A stretch of DNA of 64,000 nucleotides from Vicinamibacterales bacterium (GCA_965215155.1 CBDCCY010000002.1:559698-623697), one strand, 5' to 3'; shown: positions 44,794-54,297, numbered from the stretch's first letter. Notes: a model not told the origin generated them from the letters alone. Numbers and translations: made by a program.

Positions 44794-45522
44794 ATGCGCT
44801 TCGAGGACCACGGCTCGGTTCCGCCCGAGCGCGGCCTGGCAATCGAGATCGACGCGTTGCGCGCGCTGGCACGGGCCTCCGCGCGACGGCCGCTGCCCCC
44901 CCAGAGGGAGCCGCTCGCACCGGCGGAGCCGGTCGGCCCGACCGCGTCGCGGCCCTGGGATGCGCGGCTGGGCGCGCAGGCCGCCGAGCGTCTGCTGGTC
45001 TGGGAATCGGCGCGCCCCGCCGTGGTCCTGCCGCGGCTGGGCAATCCGCACCGGTGGGTCCGCGCAACCGCGTGTGCCGCGCTCGACGTCCCGCTGCTCC
45101 ACCGGGACTCGGGAGGCGGGGCGGTGGTCGTCGGACCCGGATGCTTGAGCTTCGCCCTGGTCCTGTCGCTCGATGCGCGCCCCCGGCTGGCGGATGTCGC
45201 GCGCAGCTACGACTGGCTGCTCGCCCGGGAGGCCGGCGCCCTGGCCCTCGGTGGAATCGCCGTCCGCTCGACCGACCTCGCCCTCCGCGATCGGAAGTTC
45301 GCGGGGCACGCCCAGCGCCGGGTCGGCGGCGCTCTGCTGCACCACGGAGTGCTGCTCTACGACTTCGACCTCGACTTGATCGGCCGGCTGCTGGCCGAAC
45401 CCCCGCGTGCACCGGAGTGGCGCCGGTCCCGGAACCACCGCGAGTTTCTGACCAACGTGCCCCTGTCACGGTCCGCGATCGTGCGCCGCCTGCAGCATCT
45501 CCCGACCGCCCTGCAGCGGTGA
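44794..45522 (+). CDS. lipoate/octanoate-protein ligase family (LplA/LipB BPL_LplA_LipB domain) protein
   Basis: Tail of ORF 43633..45522, ATG 44794 (start uncertain). RDSGGGAVVVGPGCLSFALVL and DLALRDRKFAGHAQRRVGGALLHHGVLLYDFDL. Divergent from the desulfurase gene with a 39-bp gap. Confidence 0.65.
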   Translation: MRFEDHGSVPPERGLAIEIDALRALARASARRPLPPQREPLAPAEPVGPTASRPWDARLGAQAAERLLVWESARPAVVLPRLGNPHRWVRATACAALDVPLLHRDSGGGAVVVGPGCLSFALVLSLDARPRLADVARSYDWLLAREAGALALGGIAVRSTDLALRDRKFAGHAQRRVGGALLHHGVLLYDFDLDLIGRLLAEPPRAPEWRRSRNHREFLTNVPLSRSAIVRRLQHLPTALQR

Positions 45523-45526
45523 ATTC

Positions 45527-45597
45527 GTGCTCCGCAAGCACGGCCGTGCGGCCGCGTTCCGCTGCTGGACGGCCGCGTTTCGCTGCCGGCGGAGCAC
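45527..45597. terminator. nested inverted-repeat structure between convergent genes (possible bidirectional terminator)
   Basis: GTGCTCCGC...GCGGAGCAC 9-bp arms enclosing the GCACGGCCGTGC palindrome and a duplicated CGGCCGCGTT(C/T)CGCTGC. No T-tract. Confidence 0.3.
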
Positions 45598-45708
45598 GTC
45601 CGGAAGAAGCGCGCGGACCGGCTCGCCGCCACCGTGCGGGCATCGCGCTCGATCGCGCCCGACCGGGGAACGGGCGCGGGGCTCGACCGGCGCCGACGAC
45701 TGACGGGT

Positions 45709-47847
45709 TCAGCGGATCGCGTCCTCGGGGAGCCGCAGCGCCACCAGCGCCCCAGGCTGCCCGCGCCGGGCGCTCCCCGCCTGCATCAGGACGTACTGCA
45801 CCCCGCGGTGCAGGTAGGTCAGCATGCCGTACTGGCCGGGGATCGGGACCTCGACGCTGGCCAGCACCTCCCCCGTGCGCTTGTCGCGCGCCCGCAGCAA
45901 CGGACGCCCGCTCTCGCCGAGTTCCGCCTCGCCCCGGAGGTCCTCTGTCGTCTGCACCAGCAGCTCGCCCATGACCATCTGGATCGAGCGCCCACTGCCG
46001 CCGAGGTTGGGGAGGTCGACGCCGGCCAGCCGGGGATGGTCGCGGAATCGCTCGGGCGTCTCGCCGATCGGGACGTCCCACAGCTTCTCGCCGGTGTTCA
46101 TGTCGTAGGCCGCCAAGGCCTGGAACAGCGGCCGGTAGAACGGCAGGCCGTCGATCGTGGCCGGGAACTCGGCCGGGCCGCCGGGGGCCCAGGCGGCCAC
46201 CGTCGTGCCGGTGGTGGGCGTGTGCCGCTCGCGGCCCCGCCAGGCCTCGGCCGACAACCCCGGCAACCCGCGCTCCACGTCCACTCCGTTGGTGGGCACC
46301 AGGAACCGCGGCGCGCTGCACACCCGGTTGTGCGGCGCGTACAGGATGCCCGTGGTCGGGTCGGCGACCGGCGGATGGTAGATGTTGAGCCCGCCCATGC
46401 ACCCGATCACGTTGCGGTAGTCGTTGTCGTGCGGATACGGGAGCGGCGGCACGTAGAGCCCGCCGGCCCGGAACTCGCTCAGGATCTCGAGCGCTTCCTG
46501 CTTCAGCTCCGGCGTGAAGTCGAGGACGTAATCCTCGGTCAGGCCGTCGACCACGATCGGGTCGAGCGGCTCGGGGCGCGTGGGGTACGGCTGCGTGGAC
46601 GCAGTGTAGTTGCCCGGCACCTGCGTCTGCATGACGGGGCGCTCCTCGATCGGCCAGAGCGGCTCGCCCGTGGCCCGGTTGAAGGCGAACACCAGCCCCT
46701 GCTTCGTGTTCTGGACGAGCGCCGGCACCCGCTCGCCGTCGACGGTCAAGTCCAGCAGGATCGGCGCGGTCGGCAGGTCGTAGTTCCACTGGTCGCTGCG
46801 GTGGATCTGGAAGTGCCACCGCCGCTCGCCGGTCGCCACATCCAGAGCGAGGACGCTCCCTCCGAACAGGTTGTGGCCCGGCCGGTGGCCCGTGTAGGAC
46901 TGGACCGTCGAGGCGTTGGTGACCAGGTAGACGAGCCCCAGCTCGGGGTCGGCCGACGCCGGCGCCCACGTCGACATGTCGCCCGACCAGCGCCAGGCGT
47001 CGTTCTCCCAGGTCTCGTGGCCGAACTCTCCGGGCCGGGGAATGACGTGGAATTTCCAGAGCACCGCGCCGCTCCGGGCGTCGATGCCCAGGATGTCGCC
47101 CGGCACGTTCTCGATCCGCGTCTGGTCGTAGCTCGGCTCGTGACCCACGAGCACCACGACCACGCCGTTGACCACGATCGGCGGCGACGAGGCGGTGACC
47201 ATACCGAGCTGCCGGGGAATCCCGTGATCCGGGTCGTAGGGGCCGTCCCACGCCAGCCAGGGGGCCCAGTCGGCGACGAGGGGCGGGATGAGATCGACGA
47301 CGCCGGTGGGCGAGAAGCTGTCGATCCCGACCTCGGCACCCCACCCCTCGAGCGGACGCCCGGTCCGGGCGTCGAGCGCCCAGAGGAAGAACGCGGGCGA
47401 GGTTACGAAGACGACGCCTCTTCCGTCCACTTCCGCATAGGCGACCCCCTTGCCGAAGTCGGTGCGCGGCGAGCGGAGGTAGCGCATCGTCTCCGGCTCG
47501 CGGAAGGTCCAGCGCGTCTCGCCGGTGGCGGCGTCGATCGCCACCACCTGGCGCCGTTGGCCGGCGACGGTGTAGAGGACGCCGTCGGCAAAGACCGGGG
47601 TGGCCCGCACGGTGTACTCGACGCCGGGTCCGAAGTTGTCGCCGCGCCAGATCCAGGCCACCTCGAGGTCGGCGAAATTGCCGGCGTCGATCTGCGTGAG
47701 CCAGGGATTGGAGCGGGTGTGGCCGGCGTCGCCGCCCAGGTAGCGCCACTGGCCGTCCTCGACGCCCGGAAGCTGCGCGGCGCCCGGGGACGCCAGCCCC
47801 AGCATGAAGACTGCGGCCAGGAGGCCGGCCGTACGACATCGCGTCAT
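45709..47847 (-). CDS. PQQ-dependent dehydrogenase (quinoprotein beta-propeller), exported
   Basis: Frame of ORF 45709..48246, ATG 47847 (MTRCRTAGLLAAVFMLGLASPGAAQ). Propeller W-motifs (ATGETRWTF, ARSGAVLWKF, ATGERRWHFQ, NTGEKLWD). Confidence 0.75.
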   Translation of the reverse strand: MTRCRTAGLLAAVFMLGLASPGAAQLPGVEDGQWRYLGGDAGHTRSNPWLTQIDAGNFADLEVAWIWRGDNFGPGVEYTVRATPVFADGVLYTVAGQRRQVVAIDAATGETRWTFREPETMRYLRSPRTDFGKGVAYAEVDGRGVVFVTSPAFFLWALDARTGRPLEGWGAEVGIDSFSPTGVVDLIPPLVADWAPWLAWDGPYDPDHGIPRQLGMVTASSPPIVVNGVVVVLVGHEPSYDQTRIENVPGDILGIDARSGAVLWKFHVIPRPGEFGHETWENDAWRWSGDMSTWAPASADPELGLVYLVTNASTVQSYTGHRPGHNLFGGSVLALDVATGERRWHFQIHRSDQWNYDLPTAPILLDLTVDGERVPALVQNTKQGLVFAFNRATGEPLWPIEERPVMQTQVPGNYTASTQPYPTRPEPLDPIVVDGLTEDYVLDFTPELKQEALEILSEFRAGGLYVPPLPYPHDNDYRNVIGCMGGLNIYHPPVADPTTGILYAPHNRVCSAPRFLVPTNGVDVERGLPGLSAEAWRGRERHTPTTGTTVAAWAPGGPAEFPATIDGLPFYRPLFQALAAYDMNTGEKLWDVPIGETPERFRDHPRLAGVDLPNLGGSGRSIQMVMGELLVQTTEDLRGEAELGESGRPLLRARDKRTGEVLASVEVPIPGQYGMLTYLHRGVQYVLMQAGSARRGQPGALVALRLPEDAIR

Positions 47848-47941
47848 CGTGATCCTCCGCGTCCCTCCCGGATCCCGGGTGGACTGACCGGGATGGCCCC
47901 GACGTGGACGCCGACGCGCGCCCGACGCTTCGCCGGCCCCG

Positions 47942-48109
47942 CCTCGCCCGCCAATCGTCGCCTGGCGGCTCCGCCTGGCGCCCAGCCAGGCCTGCAGGAG
48001 TCCGCGCCGCCTTGCGCCGCAGACTCCTCGCCCGCCAATCGTCGCCTGGCGGCTCCGCCTGGCGCCCAGCCAGGCCTGCAGGAGTCCGCGCCGCCTTGCG
48101 CCGCAGACT
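47942..48109 (+). repeat. perfect tandem duplication of an 84-bp REP-like unit
   Basis: 47942-48025 equals 48026-48109 base for base. The unit contains GCCTGGC...GCCAGGC and AGGAGTCCGCGCCGCCTTGCGCCGCAGACTCCT hairpins. Intergenic. Confidence 0.9.
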
Positions 48110-48110
48110 C

Positions 48111-49559
48111 CTACTGCGAGTCGTCCTCCGCGGCGGCCGCCGCGCGATCCGCAGCCAGATCCTCGTACTCGGCGTCTTCGAGATAGGTGATGCCGATCCA
48201 GGCGTGGGACATCTCGTCGACGCCGCGCGCGCCGAACACCACCCACTGGTCGGGGTCGGGGTTGATCCGGTTGGCCGCCGTGTTATCCCACTTCGCGCGC
48301 AGCATCAGGACCGTACCCTTCGGGAGCAGCGGCTGCGCGTCGTCGTCGTAGACGTAGGCGATCTGCCAGTTGTGGTCGTAGCGGTTGACGCTGCTGAGCA
48401 GCTCGCGCCGGCCGTCCGGATAGAGCGCCGCCATCGACATCTCGGTACCCCGCATGTGCATGTGGGGCCGGAAGCTCTGGATCAGCGCCGGCCGGTCCAG
48501 GACGTACTGGTCCTCGAGCACGAGGTGCCCGTGCGGCGGGATGAGGATGTCGCTGGCCCGCAAGCGCTCACGGTGCGTGCCGTCGACGTAGAACTGCCGC
48601 TCGCCGACGGTCACCCGGGCCGGCGCCTCGCCCTCGGGATAGAGCCACACGCCGACCTCTGCGACCTCCGTCACCTCCTCGCCCACGGGGAAGTAGTGGA
48701 GGCTGAAGCGGACCGTGCCCGGCCCCGGCGGCAGCAGCTTGCCGACCCCCTCCGGCAGGATGTCCCACCGCTTGCCGATCCCCATCCCCACCAGCCGCAC
48801 CGACGGCGGCCGCTCCTCCCCCTCGGCCGGCTCCGCACTCCGCAGCACGGCGTGGCCGTGGTGCGTGACTCTCATGCCGAGCGGGTAGGACGGCTTGAAC
48901 TCGGCCGCGCGGATGTAGCGGGGCACGTCGAAGCCCTCGAACTCCAGCTCCGGCGACCACCACTGGTCCTGGCCGTTGGCCACCACGTGGTAGGGCGTCG
49001 AGCGCACGACGAAGTCGGGCGGGCGGCCCAGGGTGGCCTCCACCTCCCAGGCGTCGGCAGGCAGGAACGCCAGCGGCTCGGGCAGATCGGCGGGTTCGCC
49101 CCGGGGTGCGCCCGCGTCCACCCACCGGACCACGGTGTCGATCTCGTCCGCCGTCAGCGAGATGTCGTTCTTGTAGTCCTGTATGCCCACGGTCGGATCG
49201 AGGTGCCAGGGGGGCATCAGGCGCCGCGCCACCCGATCCCGGATGCTGCGCGCCCAGGGGCGCACGTCGCGATACGTGAGCAGCGACATCGGCGCAATGC
49301 CGGCGGGCTGGTGGCAGTGCTGACACGAGCGCTGCAGGATCGGCGCGACGTCCCGGCTGAACGTCGGCGCGGCGTCGGCCGCCCCGAAGACGGCCGTGGT
49401 GCCGCCCTGTGCCAGGACCCCGCCAGCAGCCGCCACGAGCAGCAACGCCGCAAGCCCCGATACGGCCGCCGGCCGTCCGTGCCGCCATCCCGTAACCGGG
49501 CTCTCGCCACCGGCTGCCCGATCGCTCCGTGCAACCACCCACCTGCGCGCCGTGCCCAT
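48111..49559 (-). CDS. exported c-type cytochrome domain fused to a copper-monooxygenase-like (DBH/PHM-type) domain
   Basis: Frame of ORF 48111..50018, ATG 49559. Heme motif CQHCH. His clusters VTHHGHAV and FRPHMHMRGTEMS. Confidence 0.6.
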   Translation of the reverse strand: MGTARRWVVARSDRAAGGESPVTGWRHGRPAAVSGLAALLLVAAAGGVLAQGGTTAVFGAADAAPTFSRDVAPILQRSCQHCHQPAGIAPMSLLTYRDVRPWARSIRDRVARRLMPPWHLDPTVGIQDYKNDISLTADEIDTVVRWVDAGAPRGEPADLPEPLAFLPADAWEVEATLGRPPDFVVRSTPYHVVANGQDQWWSPELEFEGFDVPRYIRAAEFKPSYPLGMRVTHHGHAVLRSAEPAEGEERPPSVRLVGMGIGKRWDILPEGVGKLLPPGPGTVRFSLHYFPVGEEVTEVAEVGVWLYPEGEAPARVTVGERQFYVDGTHRERLRASDILIPPHGHLVLEDQYVLDRPALIQSFRPHMHMRGTEMSMAALYPDGRRELLSSVNRYDHNWQIAYVYDDDAQPLLPKGTVLMLRAKWDNTAANRINPDPDQWVVFGARGVDEMSHAWIGITYLEDAEYEDLAADRAAAAAEDDSQ

Positions 49560-49603
49560 GGTCTGCCTCTCTCTCGCCGGGTCTCCCAGTCGGCCGTCAG
49601 CGG

Positions 49604-50491
49604 TCACGGAGCGACCGCGATCGGCACGAACCCGTTGGTCCAGCAGCACTGGAACTCGAACTCCCGAACCACGTTGAACGCCAGCACCCGCAGCAGATAC
49701 GCGCCCGGCTCGGAGAAGGTCACCGCCGTGGTCACCTCCGCCCCGCCCTCCTGCGCCCAGGCGTCCGCCTCGACACGGGCGGTCCGCGCGGCGAAGGTAG
49801 CGTCGCCGGGACCCTGGTGCTTGAACCACTTGACGTTGATCGGACGCCTGTCCGCCGCGGCAACGGCGTCGCGGCCCACCCAGGCTCGAAGAACGAGCGG
49901 CACCCCCACCTGCGCCTGCCGCGCCTCGCCGGTGATCCCGTGCGGGCCGCGCCCGGCTCGCCCGCCGGACGCCCAGGCGACGAGCGGCGACATGCTCGAG
50001 CGACCGGGGAACTCCCACCCGGCCAGCTCGTAGGCAGGGCTGGTCAGCCGCCCCGGCACGGAGAGCGTCTGTCCGCGCGTGCGAAGCGTCCAGACCACGT
50101 CGCGGTCGCCGAAGTCGGCCGGCACCGTCACGGTGAAGGCGCCCCAGTGGCGCCGATCCTGGTCGGGGACGGGCTCGAAGCGGGTCGGCTGCCGCCCGTC
50201 GAGCTCGGCCGGCGCGATGAAGTTGTCAGGTCCCAGCGGGACTTCCAGCGTCTCCTCGGTGTTCACGTTGAAATAGCCGAACGACAGCTCGAAGGTGCCG
50301 TCGGGGTTCCGGTACCACCCCTCGAAGATCGGCACGACGGGACCGCCCGACGGCCGCAACAACTGGACCTCGAACTGCGTCTCGCCCGGGTTTGCCACCC
50401 GCCGCTCCGACGCCCGCTGCGCGGCGAGCCCCGCCGTACCCAGCGCCATCGTCGCCGCGAGGGCGACCGCCCGCGGTCCAATCCGTTGCAT
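49604..50491 (-). CDS. exported hypothetical protein
   Basis: ORF 49604..50527, likely start ATG 50491 (MQRIGPRAVALAATMALGTAGLAAQ). No family recognised. Strong third-position GC. Confidence 0.5.
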   Translation of the reverse strand: MQRIGPRAVALAATMALGTAGLAAQRASERRVANPGETQFEVQLLRPSGGPVVPIFEGWYRNPDGTFELSFGYFNVNTEETLEVPLGPDNFIAPAELDGRQPTRFEPVPDQDRRHWGAFTVTVPADFGDRDVVWTLRTRGQTLSVPGRLTSPAYELAGWEFPGRSSMSPLVAWASGGRAGRGPHGITGEARQAQVGVPLVLRAWVGRDAVAAADRRPINVKWFKHQGPGDATFAARTARVEADAWAQEGGAEVTTAVTFSEPGAYLLRVLAFNVVREFEFQCCWTNGFVPIAVAP

Positions 50492-50903
50492 CGTGTCCCG
50501 CCACGCCCCGGCCGGACCGGAAGCCACCTCGTCGAACGGAGGGCCCCATCATAGCGCATGGTCCGTCCCCTCTTCGGGCGTCGTCCTGCCGTCCTCCACG
50601 CGGCGGGCGGTACTACACGGGGCGACAGCGGCTCGAAGTCGAGTGCGGACGCGGTTCCAGGTCGCGCGGGGGCCGCTCCCGCGCCCACCGCCTCGTCGTG
50701 TGAAGTGCCGCACCCGCGAGCCGCTTGACACCCGCGTTCACGGGGATGAAGATGCCGGGGAGGCCGCAGGGTTCCGTGTCTCGCACAGCACGGGCGCGTT
50801 CCGCGGTCCGGCGGCCGCGCGTGCCGACGCCGGTCAGGTCCGCCGCCCGCTCGAGCGTACCGGGACACGCGGCGCCGCGGAGGACGTCCGACTCGGAGGG
50901 TCG

Positions 50904-51308
50904 ATGGCGTTTGGCGAGGACGTGAAACGCGCCGCCTATCGGCGGGCCAACGGACAGTGTGAGTGCATGCGCCAGTCCTGCATGGCGCACTACGCGGGCC
51001 GATGTACGAGATCGTTGGCGGATGGATGGCGCGCTCACCGCGTCGATCCGGACGGCCCGGAATCGATGGACAACTGCGAAGCGCTCTGCATTCCCTGCTA
51101 CGAGGCGGAGAGCGCCAGACTTCCGCCGGCCCGATTCCGACCCAGGCGGCACTCCATGCCCGACGCGACCCCGCGACCCCACGCCCCGGAGGCTACTTCG
51201 ATCCGCGGTGGTGCCGGCGTGGTCGGAGGCCCGGCACGCGTCGACCGGAACGTAGGCGACGCGCCCCGCACTGCGCCCCCGCCCGCGCGCGGCGACCCGG
51301 ACGACTGA
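50904..51308 (+). CDS. small HNH-like nuclease-motif protein with a Pro/Arg-rich tail
   Basis: Tail of ORF 50295..51308, ATG 50904. RRANGQCECMRQSC...HRVDPDGPESMDNCEALCIPCY resembles the C-C...H...N...C-C HNH arrangement. Confidence 0.4.
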   Translation: MAFGEDVKRAAYRRANGQCECMRQSCMAHYAGRCTRSLADGWRAHRVDPDGPESMDNCEALCIPCYEAESARLPPARFRPRRHSMPDATPRPHAPEATSIRGGAGVVGGPARVDRNVGDAPRTAPPPARGDPDD

Positions 51309-51462
51309 CTCCACAGCGCACGCTACGCGCCTGCTGCACGATGCCGGTCCCACTGCTCGGTTCGGGGAGGCGGGATTGCGCGGGCGGAGAAGCGGCGACG
51401 GAAGGAAGCTGCTACGGCTCCGAGGCGCTGCGAAGGTCGACGACCCGCCCGGTGCGGTGGAG

Positions 51463-52179
51463 CTACAGTACCAGGCGACCGCCGAGCTGCATGTCCCGCA
51501 GCCGGAACTTCTTCTTGATCTCGGTGAGGGGGCCGAGCCTGGTGATGAACTCGACGTCACGGTCGTCGAGCGTGATGCCATCGGTGCGCGGGAACCGGAA
51601 GAGAGCGCGGATCGACTGATCGTCGTCTCGCTGCAGGACGATCTCGTCCGCTGCGATGGGCGGCCCGTTCCGTCGTTTCAGCATCGTCTCGGCCTTGACC
51701 CCATCGATCATGCGGCCGAGCAGAGCGAACGGGGACGGCAACCCGACTACCGCCACGGTGTAGAAGGGATCATCCTCGGCGAGGAAGTCCCTGCCGTCCG
51801 GCGGGACCGGCGCGCCGCGGCCGATTACGGCCCGGACGACCGCCTGGCGCACCGGGAGGGCGTTGATCCACAGGACGGTAACGGCCGTGCGCCGGATGCC
51901 GGCGAACTGCTGCGCATCGGCCTCGCCGGGCCGCGGAGGTGCGCCCGCCCCCCCGAAGCCGAAGGGGTCGGGGGCGAGGTAGTAGCCGCTTGCCGACTCT
52001 TCCCGCAACCCGCCCATCACGATGTTGACCCGCTTCGCCCACGGCGAATCGGTCAGCATCTTGCGGACTTCCTTGTCCGACCAGGTGGTGAAGTCCCTCG
52101 CGTCCCAGAAGTCGGCGGCGACGAGGGCCACCCCGGCCAGGAGCCAGACACCGAGGGTGATGCTCACCGGGCGTCGCAT
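51463..52179 (-). CDS. exported protein of unknown function, tandem paralog 1
   Basis: Frame of ORF 51463..52290, ATG 52179. ADFWDARDFTTWSDKEVRKMLTDSPWAKRVNIVMGG and the C-terminal KKKFRLRDMQLGGRLVL are shared with the next gene. Confidence 0.6.
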   Translation of the reverse strand: MRRPVSITLGVWLLAGVALVAADFWDARDFTTWSDKEVRKMLTDSPWAKRVNIVMGGLREESASGYYLAPDPFGFGGAGAPPRPGEADAQQFAGIRRTAVTVLWINALPVRQAVVRAVIGRGAPVPPDGRDFLAEDDPFYTVAVVGLPSPFALLGRMIDGVKAETMLKRRNGPPIAADEIVLQRDDDQSIRALFRFPRTDGITLDDRDVEFITRLGPLTEIKKKFRLRDMQLGGRLVL

Positions 52180-52291
52180 GGCCACTCGTCGCTCCGGGCT
52201 CGCTCCGACCGTCAGCGGCGACCGCCGCACGGACCGTACCCCGGCCGCGAGACGCCCGCCTCCACCGCGGCGCGGACCGGTGTCAGGCAAG

Positions 52292-53002
52292 TTACAGCAG
52301 GAGACGACCGTCGACCTGCATGTCCCGCAGGCGGAACTTCCGCTTGATCTCGGTTATGGAACCGAACTTGGTGCTGAACTCGACCTCGCGGTCGTCGAGG
52401 GTGAGCGGCTCGTCGCGCGGGAACATGAACATCACCCGGATCGACTGGTCCTCTTCCCGCAGGAACCCGATGTCGATGGGCGGGATCGGAGCCCTGTCCT
52501 CGGGCTTCAGCGTCGTCTCGGCCAGTACTTCGTTGACCATCTGCCCGAGCACCTGGAAGGCCGGCGGCAGACCGAGCACCGCTACGGTGTAGAACGGGTC
52601 CTCCTCCGACAGGAACTGCCGGCCCTCCGGAGGGACCGGAGCGTCGCGCCCGATGAGGCCCCGGACCAGTGCCCGTCGGACCGGCAGGGAGTTGATCCAG
52701 ACGACGGAGACTCTCGTGCGCCGGATGCCGCCGAACCCGTCGCCTCCGCGGCCGCCGCCCCGCACCGCACCCCCGCCGCCCCCGACGCCGAAGCCGCCGC
52801 CGGTGAACTGGCTGTCCTGCTCCTCCTGGAGCCCGCCCATCACGATGTTGACCTGCTTGGCCCACGGCGAGTCGGTCAGCATCCTCTGGACCTCGCGGTC
52901 CGACCAGTTCGTGAACTCCTTGTCCTCCCAGAAGTCGGCGGCCACGAGAGCCGCGCACGCCACGAGCCAGACGCCGAGCGTCCCGATCAGCTTGCCTCGC
53001 AT
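52292..53002 (-). CDS. exported protein of unknown function, tandem paralog 2
   Basis: Frame of ORF 52292..53128, ATG 53002 preceded by AAGGAGG. ADFWEDKEFTNWSDREVQRMLTDSPWAKQVNIVMGG ... KRKFRLRDMQVDGRLLL. Confidence 0.6.
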   Translation of the reverse strand: MRGKLIGTLGVWLVACAALVAADFWEDKEFTNWSDREVQRMLTDSPWAKQVNIVMGGLQEEQDSQFTGGGFGVGGGGGAVRGGGRGGDGFGGIRRTRVSVVWINSLPVRRALVRGLIGRDAPVPPEGRQFLSEEDPFYTVAVLGLPPAFQVLGQMVNEVLAETTLKPEDRAPIPPIDIGFLREEDQSIRVMFMFPRDEPLTLDDREVEFSTKFGSITEIKRKFRLRDMQVDGRLLL

Positions 53003-53198
53003 CCCCGTCCTCCTTGCTCTCTCCTGGTCACCCGGCGCAGGGCATGACCGCGAGGCGCCCACGGAAGGCCGCCGGCGCGGCCGCGCTCCCGGCAATGGGA
53101 GCCACTGCTCGTAGCGTATCGGAAACACCGATCGTCGGTCCAGAGGCCCCCGCCGGCGGAGCCTGGCAACTGCACGGACGCCGGTCTCGACGCCGCGC

Positions 53199-54113
53199 TC
53201 ACGGGTCGAGCCGCCGGTCGGGAAACAGCCGCGTCAGACCGATGCCCGCCCGCTCGACGCGGACCGTCACGGTATCCCCCGGCGGATCGGGGCGTTCGTA
53301 GACCACCCGGTACCGGCTCGACAGGTCCTCGTGGCGGATCCCCATGTCGGTCGCCAGGGCCGCCATGGCCTCCGCCATCGCGGTAGCGATGACGACGGAG
53401 GTGTACCGTCCGCCCGTGTCGCCCGCCAGGTCGGGGGCCAGCCCGCTTACCGACCCGTCGGTGTCGCGCCCCCGGACGTACCAGTGGACCACGTGCACGA
53501 TCACCCCGGCGGCCCGCAGGCGGTTGATGAACCGCACGTACCGCCGGTCGTTCATGAATCCGCTCGCCTCGCCGGTGCTGGTGACCAGGGCGACGAAGAC
53601 CGGCCACGCCTCGTCGCCGCCGTAGCGCCGCTCCAGAGTCTCGCGGATCCCGTCCGCGAGGCGCACACCGCCCGTTTCGTCCGGGAAGAGGGACGCGCCC
53701 GCGGACAACAGGGCCGCGCGATCCGTAGTGAACTCGACGTGCTGGCGGACGTGTCCGCCGATGGTGAACAGGCCGACTTGGTGTGGGGGCGGCAGCGACT
53801 CCAGGAACGCCGCGACCGCGTCGCGGAGCGCGTTGACGGCATGGCCGGCCCGAATCGACTCGCCATTGTCGACCAGGAGCGCGACCCGCATCGGCTCCGT
53901 GCCCGCCGTGGCCGACACGACCCGCGCGCGGCGCCCGCCCTCGAAGACGCGAAACTCCTCGGGCGCGAGGTCGGCCAGCGGCCGGCCGAGCACGTCCAGC
54001 ACGCGAACGTAGACGACGTTCCGGTCCTGCGCGAACGCAACCGGGGCGGCCGCGAGACCCGCGGCGAGGACGAGAACGCCGGCCGCCATCCGAGCCCCTG
54101 CCTGGCGCGGCAT
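53199..54113 (-). CDS. VWFA-related exported protein (TIGR03436-like), tandem paralog 1 of 4
   Basis: Frame of ORF 53199..54224, ATG 54113. Shared pattern V.V.D..GRP..DL...EF.V.E.G....V......EPM...LLVDNG...FTIGG...YERPDPPG. Confidence 0.65.
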   Translation of the reverse strand: MPRQAGARMAAGVLVLAAGLAAAPVAFAQDRNVVYVRVLDVLGRPLADLAPEEFRVFEGGRRARVVSATAGTEPMRVALLVDNGESIRAGHAVNALRDAVAAFLESLPPPHQVGLFTIGGHVRQHVEFTTDRAALLSAGASLFPDETGGVRLADGIRETLERRYGGDEAWPVFVALVTSTGEASGFMNDRRYVRFINRLRAAGVIVHVVHWYVRGRDTDGSVSGLAPDLAGDTGGRYTSVVIATAMAEAMAALATDMGIRHEDLSSRYRVVYERPDPPGDTVTVRVERAGIGLTRLFPDRRLDP

Positions 54114-54297
54114 CGTCGATCCTCTCACCCGCCGCAGTCGTCGCACCGACTCGCCGCCGCGGCAAGCCGAGGCACCGGATCCTGCGGGCGGGACCGCAGT
54201 GCGATCGGATGGGCGCGCGCCCACAATCGTCGCCTGACGGCTTCGCTCGGTGCCCGGTCAATCCTGCGGCGTCCGCGCCGGTCCACGGCGCAGACGC

